IMG/VR virus record: IMGVR_UViG_3300042569_002607
Coordinates: 9,671-73,670 of that record
DNA from: a virus
DNA: 64,000 nt
Strand: one strand, 5' to 3'
The notes beneath the pieces were generated by a model. It was not told the origin of the DNA. It saw nothing but the letters and a program-made list of their open reading frames with translations, and did not search any database. Positions 1 to 11,800 of the stretch are shown one piece after another. The position numbers were made by a program, and so were the translations under genes. Position 1 is the stretch's first letter. Each line of letters starts with the position of its first letter.

Positions 1-573
1 CGCTTTCAGCAGGCCATCAAGGCGCGACGTGAGTCCGCGGTCGTCACGCTCGGGGCGTTACTCAAGACCGAGATCGTGCGGCAGCTCTCGACGCCGGGGG
101 CCGGGCGCTACTACGCGAAGACCGCGCGAACGGCGGGTGAAACCCCGCGCGGCCCGCGCAACACCGCCGAGCGGACGGCCTTGGCGCGTCGACGGCTACA
201 GAACCGCCGCCTCAATGCGAAGCGGCAACAGACTGCCGACGCGCTGAACGCCGGCACGATTACGCGTGATGCCATTCGTTCTGCGCGTGTGTTGACCGGC
301 CTCCACCGCGCGTCGAAGCCTGGCGATCCCCCCGCACCAGACACGGGCACGTTGCGGCGCTCCGCCTTTCTCGAGCGCACCGCGAACGGGGTGCGGGTTG
401 GGGTGGCGATGCCGTACGCGGCCGCGCTTGAGTTCGGGACCACACGCGCGGGCAAGCAACGCAACGTGACCATTGCGCCCCGTCCGTTTCTGCGCCCAGC
501 CATGGCAAAGATACGCGCGCAGTTCGGCGTCTTGTTTCGCGCCACGCTGCAGACCGGTGGGCCGCGCGCATGA
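1..573 (+). CDS. HK97 gp10-like neck/tail-completion protein (5' partial)
   Basis: Frame open from base 1; DTGTLRRS, YAAALEFGT and PRPFLRPA motifs; lies upstream of tail genes. Confidence 0.85.
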   Translation, partial: RFQQAIKARRESAVVTLGALLKTEIVRQLSTPGAGRYYAKTARTAGETPRGPRNTAERTALARRRLQNRRLNAKRQQTADALNAGTITRDAIRSARVLTGLHRASKPGDPPAPDTGTLRRSAFLERTANGVRVGVAMPYAAALEFGTTRAGKQRNVTIAPRPFLRPAMAKIRAQFGVLFRATLQTGGPRA

Positions 574-998
574 CGACGATCGATCCGGTGCAGGCGTGGA
601 GCGAGCACACCGTCGCGATTGTCACCGCCGATGCCGAACTCCGCACGCTGATGGGGCGCCCCAGCGGTCTCATCGTGCCGTGGTCCACCTTCACGCTCGA
701 CGGCCCGTTGCCGGTGATCTGCTATGCCGAGATCGCCGGCCCTTCTCCCCTCAGCTCGCGCACCCAGCGCTTTTCCGCCGGGTTCGCGGTCTTCGCCGCG
801 TCGCGATCGCTCGCCAACACGATCTGCAAGCGGCTCGACAACCTGCTGAAGTACCCGGCCTACGCGGCGCGCGGGGCGGACATCGCGCGCGACCCCGCCT
901 CCCCGGCTGACCGCTCGTGGCCCCCCGCCGAGCCACGGCAAGATGACGCCGCGCAGTTTCGCGCCGACGTCGACCTCACGTTCCTCGTGCCCGGGTAA
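570..998 (+). CDS. putative tail terminator/completion protein
   Basis: 142 aa, ATGA overlap, syntenic position between gp10-like gene and tail tube. Confidence 0.65.
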   Translation: MTTIDPVQAWSEHTVAIVTADAELRTLMGRPSGLIVPWSTFTLDGPLPVICYAEIAGPSPLSSRTQRFSAGFAVFAASRSLANTICKRLDNLLKYPAYAARGADIARDPASPADRSWPPAEPRQDDAAQFRADVDLTFLVPG

Positions 999-1021
999 TC
1001 CCGGCCCTTCCTGGAGAACAC

Positions 1022-2473
1022 ATGGGTATTCTCGACAAGCAATTCGACGTCGTCACGGGCTTTCACCTCTTCGTCGACACCCCGACCGGCGGCAATACGA
1101 CCCTGTCGGCGGCCGCGCTGGCGGGAGCCAGTACGCTGGTCCTCACGTCGGCCACCAACTTTGCCATTGGCGACGACATTCGCGTCGGCTCCGGCGAAGA
1201 TGCGGAGCTCTGCCGCATTCAGAACCTCGTGACGAACACCGTGACGTTGGCCAAGCCGCTGCTGTTCCCCCACCCGATTGCGGACCCCGTGGTCGAGCAG
1301 TCGGCGTTGGATCTCGGCGTGCCGGAAGCCGATGGCGCGCGCTTCAACTGTCAGGTGGAGAACACCGACGTGTTCTCGGCGCTGCAGAAGCTCGCGTATG
1401 GCACGCTCGTCGGCTACGGCGACCTGACGGTCTCGTGGCGCTACATGGCCATCACAGCGGACGTGATCGCGGCCGCCCTCGGATTGCCGCGCTCCAACGT
1501 CCTCGGCAACGGGACGGCGGCCGCGCAGACCGGCACCGCGGGCCCTCGGTTGTTCACCACCGACGGCACCACGCTTGGAGCGGCGGCAAACTTCTCGGTC
1601 GTCATCACGGGTACGCTCAATGACGGCAGCAACGTGAAGGCGACGTTCAACGGGCTCAGCTTCAACCCGACCGTGTTCACCACGACGTTCTCGCGTGGGC
1701 AGCTCGCGACGGTGCCGGTGGCGGCGCTCGCTGCAAGTGCGGCCTTCGACTTCACCAACGTCACGTTCACGCCGGCGAACGTCATCAACACGTTCGCCTC
1801 GACCAACGCGGATCTCTTCGCCGAGATCGTCGCGGTGGCGCAGCTGACCGACTCCGGGACCGCCACCACGCTGAACGGTGCGGTGGCCGCTGGCGCATAC
1901 AGTGCCGTCGTCGCGTCGGCAGCGGGCATTGTTGCGGGCGACTGGGTGCGCGTTGGCAATGAGTTCCACCTCGTGCACGGCGTCGTCACGAACACGCTGA
2001 GCTTCCGGACGCAGGTGCAGCGCGCGCAGGCCACCGGTGTGGCCGTCGTAAAGCAGAACGTGACCGACGTCGGCGGCATCGATGGCGGGTTCACGATCGC
2101 GACGCCGGGTCAGGTGACGCCGCAGCGTTCGGAAACGCGCCGACTCTCGCTCAAGTACCGCACCGGCAACATCTCGGCGCAGCTCAATTTCAACGCCACG
2201 GGGGTGACGCCCGAAAACCTGCAGCGGGCCTTTGGTATTGCCCCCGCGGCGTACGCCAACAGCGTACTGCCGATCACGTCGGCCACGGTGGCGAAGAACC
2301 TCACGGGCACGTTCGTGTTCACCGGGCTGACGCAGGGGGGGCGGAGCGTCACCATCTGCGGCTGGAACGGCACGTGTCAGCCGAATGGCGAACTGAACAT
2401 GACCCAAGCGTCGGCGCTCACGGTGCCGATCGCGTACAAGCCGCAGGCGCTGCAGGTCTTCGTCAACACGTGA
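1022..2473 (+). CDS. major tail tube protein with internal duplication
   Basis: GGAGA RBS; T/A/G/V-rich beta protein; position before chaperone and tape measure; two similar halves. Confidence 0.75.
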   Translation: MGILDKQFDVVTGFHLFVDTPTGGNTTLSAAALAGASTLVLTSATNFAIGDDIRVGSGEDAELCRIQNLVTNTVTLAKPLLFPHPIADPVVEQSALDLGVPEADGARFNCQVENTDVFSALQKLAYGTLVGYGDLTVSWRYMAITADVIAAALGLPRSNVLGNGTAAAQTGTAGPRLFTTDGTTLGAAANFSVVITGTLNDGSNVKATFNGLSFNPTVFTTTFSRGQLATVPVAALAASAAFDFTNVTFTPANVINTFASTNADLFAEIVAVAQLTDSGTATTLNGAVAAGAYSAVVASAAGIVAGDWVRVGNEFHLVHGVVTNTLSFRTQVQRAQATGVAVVKQNVTDVGGIDGGFTIATPGQVTPQRSETRRLSLKYRTGNISAQLNFNATGVTPENLQRAFGIAPAAYANSVLPITSATVAKNLTGTFVFTGLTQGGRSVTICGWNGTCQPNGELNMTQASALTVPIAYKPQALQVFVNT

Positions 2474-3384
2474 GCACGTCGCCGGAGGGAAAGCCCCCGC
2501 GATCCCGCCGGCGCGTCGCGCCCGATCCTATCCGCGAGGACGGGGTCGGGCGTGACGTGTTGCAGGCACGCTGTCAGGTGCTCGAGCTGGCCGTGTCGAA
2601 GCAACCCGGCATCACGCCGGAGCTGGTGGCGGCCAACCGCCCCGGCGGCGCCGACAATAAGGACCAGAGTGGGACCGGCTGGCTCACCTATCTCTGTTGG
2701 CTGCACGGACAGTACGCGCGCGGCCCGCAGACCCCGAAGGGCAACGCCGCCCGCTGGGATGCGCGCGCGATGGACGACATGCGCGCCGCGATGGCGGCGG
2801 AGCCGATCTATCTGACGATGGAAAACGGGCGGCAGATCGGCGTCTACCCCAAGGGCGAGGCGGCCCTTAACCGGCTCGTCGTGAACCAGATGGCGTTGCA
2901 GTGGGCGACCATCCGCCGCGTGGCGCTCCATGATCTTGCCGACGAGCACACGACGACGACGCTCGACACCCTCCGGGATGTGACCCGGTTCGAAGCGTTC
3001 TTGCAGGCCGAGTTCATCACCATCGTGACGCATCCCGGCGCGTATCTCCCGTGGGACGACGTGGGCACGTGGGAGCATCCGCTCCCGCGGTGGACGCTCG
3101 AGGCCTCGCCGTTCGATCTCCTGGCGATTCGCGCCGCGTACTACGACGTGAACCTGTTCCGCATCAACGCGATTGCCGAGCGGTCGCGGCACTTTGCCAG
3201 CAGTGGTGATCCCATGCCGCTCGCCGCGTTCCTCGGCGTGATGGCCGACGAGCTGAAGGTGAAGCCGGAAGAGTTGGCCCGCCGCTACTCGCTCGGCGAA
3301 GTGTTCGCGATGAGCTACGCGAAGTATGAGGCGACCGAGCGCGCAAAGGCTCGCGCGGCCGCTGACGCGCCCCCGAAGACGTAA
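2470..3384 (+). CDS. putative tail assembly chaperone
   Basis: GTG start overlapping tube stop; position between tube and tape measure genes. Confidence 0.55.
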   Translation: MSTSPEGKPPRSRRRVAPDPIREDGVGRDVLQARCQVLELAVSKQPGITPELVAANRPGGADNKDQSGTGWLTYLCWLHGQYARGPQTPKGNAARWDARAMDDMRAAMAAEPIYLTMENGRQIGVYPKGEAALNRLVVNQMALQWATIRRVALHDLADEHTTTTLDTLRDVTRFEAFLQAEFITIVTHPGAYLPWDDVGTWEHPLPRWTLEASPFDLLAIRAAYYDVNLFRINAIAERSRHFASSGDPMPLAAFLGVMADELKVKPEELARRYSLGEVFAMSYAKYEATERAKARAAADAPPKT

Positions 3385-3407
3385 CCTCGCCCGCACCTGA
3401 GACGCTG

Positions 3408-6400
3408 ATGTCCACCGAGACCAAGCTCGATACGGTTTTCTACGAGATCGAAGCGAAGACCGACCTGTTCGATCGACAGATCGACCGGGCGCGGCAGAGC
3501 TTGCGCGCGCTCACCGGGGAGAAGCCCCCGGCCATCTCGGTGAAGGCCGATACCACGACTCTCGATCGCGACATCGACCGCACGAAGCGGAAGATCAAAG
3601 AGGAGTTCGGGCCCGGGAACGCCACGACGGTGAAGCTGTCGGGCGACATTCAGCAGCTTGAAAAGGCACTGAACGAGGCGAAGCGATCGGCAGCGGAACT
3701 CGGGGCGACGCGGGCCGGCAAGCCGATGGTGGCGAAGCTCGACGCGCAGATCAGCGCCTTCGAAGCGAAGATCACGCGGGCGAAGGCGCAGATCGCGCAG
3801 CTGACCAGCCAGCCGCAGTCGGTCAAGTTCGATGCGCAGGCCACATCGCTCACGTCGGCCCTCAAGAAGCTGTCGCTCGATATCGGGGACTTCGGGGAGC
3901 AGACCGCCGGTCGCCTCAATGTGTCGCCGCCGCTGGAGGAGAGCACCAGCGCCGCCAAGGCGTTCGCTGACGAGTTCGAAGTCGCCGGGACCCGCGTGGG
4001 CGCGAGCGCGACCGAGATGGCCGCCAAACTCGCGAACCCGTACACGGCGGTGGCCGCGCTCACCACTGCGCTGGCCACGCTGACGGTGATCGGGACCCAA
4101 GAAGCGGCGAAGCTCGATACCGCATTCCGCTCGCTCGAATCGGCCTTGCCACAGGGGACGAGTGTCGAAGGGCTCGGCTCGCTGAAGACCGAGATCGTGG
4201 AGTTGTCGAAAGTCACGCCGCGCTTGCCGGGCGAGCTCGCGGCGACTGCGAAGGCGATCACCGACATGGGCACCGCCGATCCCGCGGAAGTGGGCCGGAA
4301 TCTGCGCACGCTCGCGCTCGTGGGCGACGCCCTGGGCAAGACGGATCTCAACCCGCTCGCCGATCAGCTCGACCTCATTGGGGATGCCTTCGGGCTCACC
4401 GGGGAGGGCGCCCGGCAGGCGTACGTGCAGATCGTGGCCATGGCCAAGGGCCGCATCGACATCGACGATCTGAGTGGCGTGCTGTCGAAGAGCGCGACGC
4501 GCATGAACGCGCTCGGCATTTCTGCCCAAGAAGCGGCCTCGGCGATGGTCGTGCTGGTGGATGCCGGGGTGAACTCGCGGCAGATCACGACGGGACTGAT
4601 TGATCTGCTCGACAAGGCCGGCAACGCACAACGCGCCGCGCTGGAGGCAGCGTCCGCCGGGAAGGCTGGCGACGCAAAAGCCCTTGAGGTGTTTGCGCGC
4701 ACGGTGAACGACACCAACGTGCGCGCGCTCGGTCTTGTGGGCACGCTGGGCCGATTGTTTACGGAGTTCAAGGGCAGCCGCGAAGCGTTCCAAGCGGCGG
4801 GGCTCTCGCTGAATGACTATCAGATTGCCCAGAAGGCGGCGGCGGCGTCGGTGGATGCCGCAAGCACGAAGACCCTCTCGTACGCCGACTCGCTGGCGAA
4901 GCTCGGCGCTTCGGCGCAGACCAATCGGGAATCGGCCGGCGCGTTGTCGCAGATCATCAAGAACGAACTGGGTGCGCAGCTGGTCGACTTGGGCAACATC
5001 TTCCTGCCGAAGGTGATCAGCGGGCTGAGTATCATGGCGGACCTACTGTCGCGCACTCGTCGCGAGGCAAAAGGCGCCGCCGAAGCGATGCCGGAAATCA
5101 AGGCGCTCTTGGATAGGGGCTCACTCGGCGCGGCCGTGCGGAAGGTCCAGCCGATCGTTCAGAGCGTGAATACGACGCCAGGCGTCATCGACGGCTACAG
5201 CGTTGAGCAGCTCCGTGACCTACAGGCGATCTTCCGTCGGGTGGCGAACGCCGGCGAAGGTGGTGACGGACTCACGTCGGCGCTGCAAAAGGTGGAGGAT
5301 CGCATTCGGTCGCTGTCCGGCGCGACTGCCGCGCTCGTGGTGGAGACGAAGCCAGTCCCGAACGCCTTCGAGAACGCATCCGCCAAGGCCGCCGCGCTCG
5401 CCACGAAAAACGCCGAGCTCGAGCAGCGCTTCCAATCGGCGATCGAAGGGGTCAAAGACTACGGGGAATCGCTGAACGATAGCGATCAGCCGATGGCGGC
5501 ATTTGAGCGCCGCCAAGACGCGATCCGCCGTGAACTCGACAAGGTGATCGGGACGTTGCCGAAGGTCCGGCAGGCCTCGGCGCGGCTGCAGGCGAACACG
5601 ATACTCGACCAACTGGCTGACGCCGGCGAACGACTGCGCGACTCGCAGGGAATCGACCTCGCGGGAAAGTTGGCCGAACTGTTGGCCGGCCAGTCCACCA
5701 ACGCGGTCGATGCGATCGCCCGCCAATATGCAGAACTCGAGAAGCGGCTGCGGGCGGTGGCGACGGCGGCAGACTCTCTCGGGACGGAAGAAGGCAAGCT
5801 GACCGCGAAGCGGGCGAATGAGGGCATCAAAGCGCTGGAGGGCCAACGCGACGCCCTCATCGAGGTCGAGCGGGTCGCGCAGGAATTTGCGCGGTCGCTG
5901 CAGACGATCACGACGTTCGAGCGGCAGAGTAATGCGGGGTTCGCGGAGGCCGGCGTCACCCTCGCCGATTACCGCAAGGCGCTTGGCGATCTCGCACGCG
6001 AAGAAAGCCGGCTGCGCGAGATTCGGGACCGCGCAGCGGAGGGCACTGTCGCGCGCACGAAGGCGGAGGAAGCGCTCAAGGCGGTGCAGGCCAAGCGCCT
6101 TGAGATCGAGAAGAACGGCGAGCAGGCCATCCCGAAGTCGGCTGAAGCCGTCGGGCTCACGCAACGGCTCGGCTCCAGCCTCAAGGTGGCCGCACAAGCG
6201 GGGCTCGGTCTCGTGCAGATCATTGGGCAAGGGAACAGTGAACTCGGCGCCATGCTCGCGGGCGTCGGCTCGCTCGCGGCGGGCATTGAGGGCATCGCGG
6301 CGGCCGCGCAAAAGGCCGGCGGCTTCTCGAAGCTGTTTTCGAGCGGTGCTGGTATCGCGTCGGTCATTCCGGCGCTGACGCAGACCGTCGGCGGCATCGT

Positions 6401-8834
6401 CGCGGTCTCGCAATCCCTTGGTGGCAATGACCAAGCGGGCAAGGCGCTCCGTGACACGATGGAAGCGAATACCGCCGCGATCGTGCTCCTCTCCCGCAAC
6501 CTGAACGATCTGGGCGCGAGCTTCAGCGGTACGCAGCTGCGCGGGGTGTTCGATGGCATTCAGCGGCTGTTCAGCGAGGGGCGCACCCCGAGCAACTTCC
6601 TGAATCTCGGCGTGGCCAAGATCGGGCAGAAGTACAACAACTACAGCCTCGGTGACGAGCGGCTGCCGGACTACGTGAAGATCGATCCGAACAAGTTCTT
6701 CGCGTCTGTGGGCACCAGCATGGCCGATGTCGAAGCGGTGGCAAAGAAGCTGGGGATCACGTTGGACGGCTCGGTGGGCAGCTACCGCAAGCTGGCGGAG
6801 GCGCTCGCCAAAGCCGACTTCGAAGCGCTGTCGAACACGCTGGAAGGGATCACGCGCCGGTTCTCGATTCTGAACAAGATCGCCGGCACGTCGAACGACC
6901 CGCTCGAGCAAGTCGCCAACAAGTTCCGCAGCATCGTCGGCATCGCCCCGGAGATCGCCAAGATCTTCGACGTGAACGACGTGTTTACGTCGGAAGGGCG
7001 TGCCCGACTGCGCGCGGGGGTAGCGGACCTACTCACGGAGGTGCTGTCGTTCGACGCCGATTCGGAAGAGGCGAAGGACTTCATGCTAAACAAGCTCGGC
7101 GGGCTTTCGCTGGATGAGTTCCTGACGCTCTTCGGCGGGATCCTTGATGGGCTCGATGATTTCCGCGATGGCTTGGAGTCGTTCGTCGACGGGCTCGACG
7201 TGTTCCAGAAGGCCGCGCACGTGTTCGGCGCACAGGGGCTGAGCTACGTCACCGGGCTGATCAATGCCTACGGCAACAAGTTCGGCTCGCTGCAGGGGCT
7301 GCTGGATGGCGTGGATCTGTCCACCGCGGACGGCGTGGCCACGGTGCTCTCGCGACTGCGGGCGCGCTTCGCCGAACTGCTGGAAGGCGGCCTGACGCTG
7401 GAGGAAGCGGATATCGCGGACGCGATTCTCGACATCATTGGCACGCTCGAGCAGCTGCCGGCCGCCCTGGATCCGCTGTCAGAGGCCATCAATACCGCGT
7501 CCGAGAAGTTCGGGATTTTCGGCACGTCGGCGAAAGATCAGTTCACCGAGCTCGGGGCGTACTTCAAGGCGAAGTTCCCGTTCAAGGGACCGACTGGACT
7601 TGCCGACGTGTTGGGCCCGGACTTCCAGAACGAAATTGGTACGGAGGCCGGCCGCACGAAGCTCAAGGACAACATCGGCGCCGCCATCAACGCGATTCTC
7701 GCCGACGGCAAGATCACGGACGCCGAGCGCCCGTTGTTGGATGCGTTAAAGCAGCTGTTCTCCCTGGTCAACCAGACGATCAAGGATGCGGCGGATGAAG
7801 CCCAAAAGAATGCGGACGACGTCGCCAACACAGCGGCCACGACCGAGCAGACGCGGCAGGCGGGCTTGGGTGGGCGGGCGCGCGACGCGCGGATGAACAT
7901 CGGCCTGAATGATCTCACCGGCGCCGAGGCGTTCACGGCTTCTCTGCAAGGGTACAGCGCCGCCTTTGCGGCGCTCTTCGCCACGTTCGATGTGACGACG
8001 CTCGAAGGCATCGACGCGGCGAACGCGGGGCTGATCGACATTTACAACAGCCTCGCCACGATGACGGACGCCGAGATCCTCGACAAGTTCGGGATGACGC
8101 GCGATGAGGTGCTGACGGCGCTGGCCGACGTGGAAGGCGGTTTGGATGGCCTTTCGAGCACGCTGCAGGATTTCAAGAAGCGCGGCGTCGACTTCGTGAA
8201 GGACCTGAACATCGAATTCCTGAACGCCACCGGGCAGGGCTTGGAGGCGGTCAAGATCCAAACAAAGCTCTGGGTAGAGCAGATGATCGCCACCGCCAAG
8301 ACACTCGGCGTGTGGACCCAGGAGATCGAGAATCAGATCCGGGCGGTGGGCACGTCGCGCATCAACAACGCGGCAAGTGCCGCGGCGCCCCAATCCTCGG
8401 TGTCGTTCAGTAGTGCGCGGGCGGAGTCGACGGCGGCAGACGTGAGAACGATCGACGGGGAGATCACCGCGCAGCGGGTCCAATCGATCACGGCCGCGGA
8501 AGCGATGACCCTCACGAACGTGCTCGCGTCGTCGTTGGTGGAGCACCGCGCGATCCGCGTCGCGTCCGAGCAAATGGCCGCCATGCTGTCGGTCCTCGTC
8601 GGCGGCCCCCTCCCGTCACTGCAGGTGCCGTCGTTGCCGATGGGGACCGGGCAATACGGCGCATCGGCGCCTGGCATGTTCACGCTCATCGTGAACGTTA
8701 ACGGCCCCATTCTCGGCCAGTCCGCCAGCGACGCTGGCCGGCAGCTAGCGGAAGCGGCGTTGCCCTATCTGAACGAATCGCTTGCGCGCGCGGCGGGCGT
8801 TCAAGCGCAGCTCGCCGGGGTGCCACTGTCATGA
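3408..8834 (+). CDS. tape measure protein
   Basis: 1808 aa, Ala/Leu-rich helical, TP901-like core (ALGISAQEAASAMVVLVDAGVNSRQITTGL). Confidence 0.92.
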   Translation: MSTETKLDTVFYEIEAKTDLFDRQIDRARQSLRALTGEKPPAISVKADTTTLDRDIDRTKRKIKEEFGPGNATTVKLSGDIQQLEKALNEAKRSAAELGATRAGKPMVAKLDAQISAFEAKITRAKAQIAQLTSQPQSVKFDAQATSLTSALKKLSLDIGDFGEQTAGRLNVSPPLEESTSAAKAFADEFEVAGTRVGASATEMAAKLANPYTAVAALTTALATLTVIGTQEAAKLDTAFRSLESALPQGTSVEGLGSLKTEIVELSKVTPRLPGELAATAKAITDMGTADPAEVGRNLRTLALVGDALGKTDLNPLADQLDLIGDAFGLTGEGARQAYVQIVAMAKGRIDIDDLSGVLSKSATRMNALGISAQEAASAMVVLVDAGVNSRQITTGLIDLLDKAGNAQRAALEAASAGKAGDAKALEVFARTVNDTNVRALGLVGTLGRLFTEFKGSREAFQAAGLSLNDYQIAQKAAAASVDAASTKTLSYADSLAKLGASAQTNRESAGALSQIIKNELGAQLVDLGNIFLPKVISGLSIMADLLSRTRREAKGAAEAMPEIKALLDRGSLGAAVRKVQPIVQSVNTTPGVIDGYSVEQLRDLQAIFRRVANAGEGGDGLTSALQKVEDRIRSLSGATAALVVETKPVPNAFENASAKAAALATKNAELEQRFQSAIEGVKDYGESLNDSDQPMAAFERRQDAIRRELDKVIGTLPKVRQASARLQANTILDQLADAGERLRDSQGIDLAGKLAELLAGQSTNAVDAIARQYAELEKRLRAVATAADSLGTEEGKLTAKRANEGIKALEGQRDALIEVERVAQEFARSLQTITTFERQSNAGFAEAGVTLADYRKALGDLAREESRLREIRDRAAEGTVARTKAEEALKAVQAKRLEIEKNGEQAIPKSAEAVGLTQRLGSSLKVAAQAGLGLVQIIGQGNSELGAMLAGVGSLAAGIEGIAAAAQKAGGFSKLFSSGAGIASVIPALTQTVGGIVAVSQSLGGNDQAGKALRDTMEANTAAIVLLSRNLNDLGASFSGTQLRGVFDGIQRLFSEGRTPSNFLNLGVAKIGQKYNNYSLGDERLPDYVKIDPNKFFASVGTSMADVEAVAKKLGITLDGSVGSYRKLAEALAKADFEALSNTLEGITRRFSILNKIAGTSNDPLEQVANKFRSIVGIAPEIAKIFDVNDVFTSEGRARLRAGVADLLTEVLSFDADSEEAKDFMLNKLGGLSLDEFLTLFGGILDGLDDFRDGLESFVDGLDVFQKAAHVFGAQGLSYVTGLINAYGNKFGSLQGLLDGVDLSTADGVATVLSRLRARFAELLEGGLTLEEADIADAILDIIGTLEQLPAALDPLSEAINTASEKFGIFGTSAKDQFTELGAYFKAKFPFKGPTGLADVLGPDFQNEIGTEAGRTKLKDNIGAAINAILADGKITDAERPLLDALKQLFSLVNQTIKDAADEAQKNADDVANTAATTEQTRQAGLGGRARDARMNIGLNDLTGAEAFTASLQGYSAAFAALFATFDVTTLEGIDAANAGLIDIYNSLATMTDAEILDKFGMTRDEVLTALADVEGGLDGLSSTLQDFKKRGVDFVKDLNIEFLNATGQGLEAVKIQTKLWVEQMIATAKTLGVWTQEIENQIRAVGTSRINNAASAAAPQSSVSFSSARAESTAADVRTIDGEITAQRVQSITAAEAMTLTNVLASSLVEHRAIRVASEQMAAMLSVLVGGPLPSLQVPSLPMGTGQYGASAPGMFTLIVNVNGPILGQSASDAGRQLAEAALPYLNESLARAAGVQAQLAGVPLS

Positions 8835-11800
8835 TCACACCCACGCTCGAAGTCATCTCGGCATTCGCCACTGGCAGCGCCAATGGTAAGCTTGAACTTG
8901 TACGCGCGGTCTCGGTGCAGCAGATCGACAACAACGACGCCCTCGTGGCGGCCGTGCGATTGCCGACGAATGTACCCGTGAAACAGCGCACGAAGCTGCG
9001 GTTCACCGGAAACGACGGTTACGTCCGCGAGTATAGGGTGCGGCGCTACCGTACGAACACGCAAAATCGCGTGATGGAGATCGAAGCCGGCCCAGTCTGG
9101 ATGGACCTCGCGACCGCGGGCGACACGGCTACTACCAACGCCAACGCAACTACCTTCACGATTGAGGCGACGCTCAGCGCGAGCGATTGGCTGACGTCTC
9201 TGGTTCTCACCAATCTCGCCAGCGACGGCCTGACGTGGCTCGACACCGTGCTCGGCACGATTGAAGCTACCGGCACGCGGTACTTCAAGTTCGTCAATGC
9301 GACGCGTCTTGAAATTCTGCAAGCGGTCGCTGCGGCGTTTCAGGTCGAGTGGTCCATTGCTCAGCCGAGTCCGGGTGCCCTGTATCGTATCAATCTGTTC
9401 ACGCAGCGCGGGGCCTCTGCTGGCGTCTCGTACTTTGCGCTCGCACGCAACGTGATGCTGAAAGACACGGAGAGTGCGGACGACCAATTGGTGACGCACG
9501 TGAAGCCACTCGGCGACACACCGAGCGGTGGTGTCGATTCGGCAACGCTCGCTGACAATCTGTGGCGTGTGTCCGCTATCACGAGCGGATGGGTGTCTCT
9601 GGTTGATCCTGCTGGTGGCAGCGCGCCGATCGCTTTGGATGATCTGGCAAATACGATGACGCTGTTTGGTCCGATGACCGGATCAACCGCGCCCTTGACG
9701 TACCAGGTGCTCGACAGTCGCGCCAGTGATGGCGCGGTCTTGCTGTCGTCGACGAGCGGACTCGCCGTGGGTGCCCTTGTGTCGCTGCGCCGCAATGCAT
9801 CCGGAGACGGCGTGTACGAGCTGATGCACCCCGTCGCGGCAGCGGAATACGACCGCGTGGTGGCGACGCCGGAGATGAACGGGATGCGCGGCGAGGCGAA
9901 CTACGTGGAGGACGGGCGCTTTGTCAATGGGCTCGCCAACTGGGCCGCAATCAACGGGACGACGCCGCCGAACTTCGTCGAAGTGAAGCGCAGCGAACTT
10001 GGTGTCACGCTGAGCGGTCAGGCGAACGGCGCGCGCGCGGCGGCAACTGGGACGGGGACGCCATTTGCCATCAAGGGACTTCCGGCGAATAGCTTCGTGC
10101 GACAGCAAGCGCTCATAAAAGTTGGTGGGGCGACGCTGCCGGTCACCGCTGACGCGATTCCCGACACGAGCGGCGCGCTCACGCTGGCACTCGGCGGCGC
10201 TGGATTGCCAGGCAGCTACCCAGACAACACGCCGTTCACGTTGATTCGGCGGGAGGTGCGGACGTGGACGCTGGACGGCGAGCATTCCGTGCTGGCGACG
10301 AACCTCCGCTTCACCGACAGCAACACGGACGGCATCTTCGCGGTCAATACGGGGACGCTCACGAGCACGTCGGGCGGGTTTGTTGCGGGGATGCAGACCG
10401 TTCAGTACGTGGACGCGCCCCTGTTCGCCGGACGCATTCGGGTATCCCCTCCGTTCGGGTTCTTTCAGGCGCTGGACCTCGGCGCCTCAAGTGTTACTCC
10501 GGACTTCGCGTTCGTGCGCTTTGTCAATGCATTCTTCGGGGCTACCGTTGGGTCAATCCGCATCATCGGCACGCAAGCCACGCCTGTTGTCGTCGGCACG
10601 ACGCGCCTGTCGTTTCGCGGGACAAATGGCGTGGTGGTCTGCGCGAGAGTAAGCGCGAATCTCGGAGGGGGAGATTTTGAGATTACGGCGGAGAATGGGT
10701 CCGTGTTCTACGGATTCAACGGCCAAGGGTATGATGCCGTAAACGATTGGTTCGTGATGACGGTCAGCAACGGCGTCATGGCAAGCGGATCGACGTGGAC
10801 CGCCACGCTCACCCGCGAAACGCGCACCGTGTTCTGCAACGGACCCGTGAGCGCGGGCGCAATGTCGTTGCCGTGCAAGGCGCAAGCGAACCTTGCCACG
10901 CGCAATTGGACGGCGAGCGACACGATCTCCATGACGCGCGACATTGCGTGCACGGTAGACGTGACCGCAGCGGGCAGCATCGTCGATGAGTTTGAATTCG
11001 ACATCGATCTCGGGATGGACGTGTTTATTGGCAAGAGCCATAGCGTCACATTCAACGCGGCCACTAGCACGTTTGACGAGGTCGATGCCGCCGACCGCCC
11101 CAACCCGCTATTCCTCGGTGAGTGGCGGTTTGTTAGCATCGTCGGCAGCACTATCAATCTGTTCAAGGCGCCGGATGATCCGGGCCCCTCCAATCCGCTA
11201 CCGACCGGCGTTCTTAACCTCGCGTGGGCCGTCACGGACACCTACGCGCTGACCGGGACGGCAAGCTGGGGCACGAATGGTCGCGTCACGCTGAACTTGG
11301 CTAGCGCTATCCCGGCGGGCAGAAGCTACGCCCGTGGGCTGCCGGTTGGGTCGAATTGGGTCAGCGGGTTTATGCGGCTTCACGCCGCGCGCTCTGGTGG
11401 CAACAGCACGGTCGAACTGTTCGGTCATGACGCGTTCTTCTCCAACACCGACCCGTCTTCCGCCTCACGCGGCGCATTGTATCGCATCACGGCGAGTGGT
11501 AGCACCATGCCGATCCCCGGCAACACGTTGACGGCAGCGGCAACCGCGCAGGCAGACGGGAGCGGCAACGCGAGCGTGACGCTCACGGCGGCGAATGCCA
11601 ACGCGATCGCCAACAACGAAACAGTCACGATCGCGACGCCGCAGATGCTGCGCCCGAGCGATCCGCGTACGGGTAGCATCGTGCGCCTGCTCTACGCGGT
11701 CGGGAACAGCAGCATCCCACTCACGGCCACACCGGGCATCCGATCCAACTACTGGTGGGTGCCGGTGCCCGTCGGCGGCAGCAAGGTCGTGACGGTGTAC

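Noticed and set aside
2487-2493. Lambda-type slippery heptamer GGGAAAG in frame in the chaperone gene
   Set aside because: Only about 7 codons into the ORF, and the -1 frame stops near 2555, so it cannot give a G-T-type fusion
860-8573. Long minus-strand ORFs opposite tail genes (also 21518-23338, 25349-26740, 42773-44806)
   Set aside because: Antisense shadows of high-GC coding genes, Arg-rich and without motifs
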